In this document: positions 60,854-64,000 of the stretch, one piece after another | How positions within the stretch are numbered: the stretch's first letter is position 1 | Layout of the letters: every line of letters starts with the position of its first letter | From: Schizosaccharomyces osmophilus | Lineage: Eukaryota | DNA length: 64,000 bases | Direction: 5' to 3' | Assembly (NCBI RefSeq): GCF_027921745.1 | Contig: NC_079238.1 | Span: forward strand, 558,001-622,000 | The notes under the pieces: model-generated | The model's input: the letters and a program-made list of their open reading frames with translations, nothing else | Database searches by the model: none | Told to the model about the DNA's origin: nothing | Translations under genes and position numbers: made by a program

Positions 60854-61352
60854 ACTGGATCAACTTGAGAGGGAAAGAAAAGTACGAAAATATTTTATGA
60901 CCCATTTATCACTGACGATTCCCTGTGTATGAGTGCCCACCCTTTAGTAACTTGAAACCTCATTTCTTTCCGTTCATTCTTTGTTTTTTTAGAATTCATA
61001 TTTTCTTTCTTTACGTTGTTATGTTTCTTTAAAAAAAATTCGGATGTAGCTTACAAGCTTGTACTGATATTTAGTTAAATTTTAAATTTTAATCGAATGC
61101 TTTTGAATGGCATCTACGTATAATCGAATAATTCATTAGCAAATGATAATGTTATTTTATATACTATCATTTTTTAATCGTTCATATAGTCCATGGACAA
61201 AAGTAAAATCTGTTTGTATCGACCGAGCATAAATCGTTTGTTTATTAATGTAACGGAGCGAACCACGAAAAAATGACAAAGTAACGGACATGACGCATGC
61301 CAGAATACTAATTGCGTTTCTGTGTAAGAAAACAGAACCATACACAACAATT

Positions 61353-61846
61353 ATGGTAGGAAAACGCGCTCCCAAAGGAAGTGAAGTTGCTGGTAGCAAG
61401 AAACAAAAGACAGAAAATAGTAAAGAAGCTCATTGGAAAGTAAGTAAAGGAAGCTATCGGTCTCTGATTTCTGGAAAAGATTATTAATGCGTTCTTCAAT
61501 GCAGTTGAATGATTCTGGTAAAAAAAGAGTGACTCTGTCGGAATTTCGTGGAACTACTTATGTGCACATTCGTGAATATTATGAAAAGGATGGAGAAATG
61601 CTCCCTGGAAAGAAGGGAATTGCATTGAATCCGAATGAATGGATGCAATTCAAACGTATGGTTGGAGAGGTCACCAATGCTCTCGGGCTAGTAGATGAGG
61701 ACGAAGATGAGGAAGAGAAGAAAGAAAACGGGGATTCTGGAACGAAGAAAAATGAAGAACAAGAATCAACCGATGCCAAGGATGAACCTAAGCAAGAAGA
61801 AGAATCCAAAGAGGAGAATCAATCAGGCAGTGAAGACGAAGAATAG
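61353..61846 (+). CDS. sub1: Transcription coactivator PC4/Sub1, 142 aa
   Basis: Exon 61353-61439, intron 61440-61504, exon 61505-61846. [30 protein letters not shown]. Confidence 0.95.
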
Positions 61847-61979
61847 ATTCGTTTAGTACCGCATTTTGGCTTTTTTTAGTTTACGATATCCAAATGAATG
61901 ATACCTCCTTTTTCTCGTATTGACTATGTTCATATTATAGAGAATTGCAAAGATTATGGTAAAACTGGCGTTCAAAACA

Positions 61980-64000
61980 TTATAGCATAAAAGATTCTAA
62001 TAAGGAAAGTTGACTAAAAAGTTCATGAAAAGAAGACGTGTGCTTTTCATAATTTGTGGGCGGAGTTTCCAACACTCCAGATTTGCATTTGGCACAAATC
62101 GATTCTGAAGCACAATCCCTGTGAACAATATGAAGACAACTATAGGTATTGAAGGGTATCTTTAAAACTCCCTCGCAATTGTCACATAGTTGGTCCTCTA
62201 TTGGAATAAAGTTCAACTGGCTTTGATTACTAGCTAATTCTTTCTGAAGATGCGTATACTGTCTATCATTTTCTTTGATTCGAGAAGAACAGTGAGTCTC
62301 CCATTTCAAAAGAATTCTTTTAACAGTCCCCAAGGTCAAAGCCTGATCTTTCATCAGTATATCTAGCAGATGTTGGATCGGAATTTCAAACTGTATGAAA
62401 CTGCTTTCTAGGACCTTGAAAAACAAATCTTCACGCAAATTTGCGACTGACCGTTCTCGTACTAAAAATCTCAATAGCTGAAGTATAGCTTCATCGTCAT
62501 ACCTATCAATTAGATGGTCTGCTGTATTCGGGTCTTTTAAAAGTTTCTGAATTATTGTATCATTAGAGCCAGAAATTAGAGACTTTTGGGAGTACAGGAG
62601 ATCTAGCGCATTACTCCATCGAACTGACTGCAAAGACAGTATAGACGATTCATAATCCAATAAACTGTTGCAGTCTTTGATTAAAAGGATAGCTTCTGTC
62701 TCATTCTTCGAACTCACGTCATCCATTTCTCTTTGTATAAGAGAATGAAGCTTTCTTGTATTCACAAATTTTAAAACCATGGGTTCTATAGTTTGCAACT
62801 TTATAGCATCCCATAATCTCATCTGTAAATCCGGATGTTGGACGTATGTAGAGAGGTAAACCGATTTTAAAAACATTATTAAGTTCTTTTCTTTTCTTAA
62901 ATTTAGCAAACTGAGTGATACTTTTACCATTTTTTCTGTAAATTTTGAAGGATCCGAATTTATAAACCATGTGCCATAATGATTTGAGATTTCGATTACA
63001 TCTATGTAATCATGGCAATTTTCGAGAAGTTGGAATGCCTTCTCTTTTAGTTCCTTCGCTTGGTAAACCTCAAGACAAACCAGGGGCATGTTCCAAATCT
63101 TACCCAAAGCCTCCATTTGGTCAAAGCATTTATATTTTCGTAAGATGGGAAGTAAAAGCTCTGTAGAGCAACTACCACTTTTCGCATATGTCATCAAAGA
63201 ATCAAATTTTCGAAACTTTATATAAAGAAAGATCAATGTAGATTGCTCGAACGAGTAGGCGTGCCCTTCAGCTGCCAACGCTTCCAAATAACGAAGCAAG
63301 CATCTTAATAGCCGATGCTCTAAATAAGTTTTAATGATTAGTGCTGAATCGGAAAAAGGTATAGCATAAATGAAATAGTCGATGGCCTTCTCAAAATTAC
63401 CACCTTTGAAATACAGGAGTCCTGTACGAAGAGCGCAATCTCGGACGATATCTTCGGTGCATTTTAAATAGTTTGCAAGTAAATAGGACTTTTCAAACTC
63501 TTCTTTTTCGTAGCATTTATAAAGAAGGAAGTCTTGTGGAAGACGAATTAATTGTTGAGGAGGACAATTGTCATAAAAGAAAAAGCAATCATCAGATGTG
63601 TAAAGAATATTGGAGATACTTTTTTCTTCAATTTCAAATTGAAAAAGGATCAATTGACTTTCCAAATCCAAAATGAAGAACCAAAGTGAAGTGTCCTCAG
63701 ATATTATTTCGCTGTGATCTCGAGAAGAAAGCGTTGGAGTCGTAGAAACCAGCAGGCAAACATGGCCAAAACATGTGAAAATTCTTCGTATTGTTCCCTC
63801 CACATGAAAAGTTTTTAGTAAGCTCAATGTTTTCAGTTCGTAAACTGAGATGAACGATAAATTAGCACATAAGAGGGACCTTTGCATATACACTTCAGAA
63901 CATCCGATGGCTAAACCATTGTTTTCTAAAATGTTAACTGACTTGGTAATTATATTGTACACAAATGTTTGTGTGGTAGTAGAAACAGACAGCTTTCTTG
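61980..64000 (-). CDS. Vps11/Pep5-like protein (helical repeat plus C-terminal RING-H2); 5' end beyond the window
   Basis: Frame is open to the window edge. YLEALAAEG..EQSTLIFLYIK helical region; RING CDNC-x12-CLH-x2-H-x2-C-x5-C-x2-C. Confidence 0.8.
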   Translation of the reverse strand, partial: RKLSVSTTTQTFVYNIITKSVNILENNGLAIGCSEVYMQRSLLCANLSFISVYELKTLSLLKTFHVEGTIRRIFTCFGHVCLLVSTTPTLSSRDHSEIISEDTSLWFFILDLESQLILFQFEIEEKSISNILYTSDDCFFFYDNCPPQQLIRLPQDFLLYKCYEKEEFEKSYLLANYLKCTEDIVRDCALRTGLLYFKGGNFEKAIDYFIYAIPFSDSALIIKTYLEHRLLRCLLRYLEALAAEGHAYSFEQSTLIFLYIKFRKFDSLMTYAKSGSCSTELLLPILRKYKCFDQMEALGKIWNMPLVCLEVYQAKELKEKAFQLLENCHDYIDVIEISNHYGTWFINSDPSKFTEKMVKVSLSLLNLRKEKNLIMFLKSVYLSTYVQHPDLQMRLWDAIKLQTIEPMVLKFVNTRKLHSLIQREMDDVSSKNETEAILLIKDCNSLLDYESSILSLQSVRWSNALDLLYSQKSLISGSNDTIIQKLLKDPNTADHLIDRYDDEAILQLLRFLVRERSVANLREDLFFKVLESSFIQFEIPIQHLLDILMKDQALTLGTVKRILLKWETHCSSRIKENDRQYTHLQKELASNQSQLNFIPIEDQLCDNCEGVLKIPFNTYSCLHIVHRDCASESICAKCKSGVLETPPTNYEKHTSSFHELFSQLSLLESFML

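Overview
Gene-dense, intron-containing fission yeast chromosome arm (Schizosaccharomyces). The gene order matches my recollection of S. pombe chromosome I cosmids c31G5-c1786-c24C9-c16A10, but the proteins are diverged, so this is probably a sister species such as S. octosporus, S. cryophilus or S. osmophilus. I can support 27 protein-coding genes: gcv1, psd3, dpm1, rps10, sde2, abo1, ptl2, a phospholipase-B-like gene, cut11, cyt2, mvd1, cox8, med9, mug70, aco1, bgs2, an M20 carboxypeptidase, mitochondrial ThrRS, mrp4, sgd1, SHMT, mrp10, otu1, spn5, a ThrE/Prm10-like protein, sub1 and a 5'-truncated Vps11-like gene. Exon structures were resolved by hand. There is also one tRNA-Ser(AGA) and several promoter motifs (HomolD/E, FLEX, CCAAT, MCB, TR-box). 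I found no transposon, LTR, rDNA or CRISPR. The most unusual signal lies upstream of abo1 (ATAD2/Yta7): 1,233 nt with no sense-strand ATG, two canonical introns, and a 109-codon stop-free in-frame extension whose first AUGs are out of frame. This suggests a long regulated leader with possible non-AUG initiation. Also notable are a phospholipase B with Asp in place of the catalytic Ser and sense-strand hairpins in the aco1 3' UTR. Gene names come from remembered orthologues and synteny, not from a database search.
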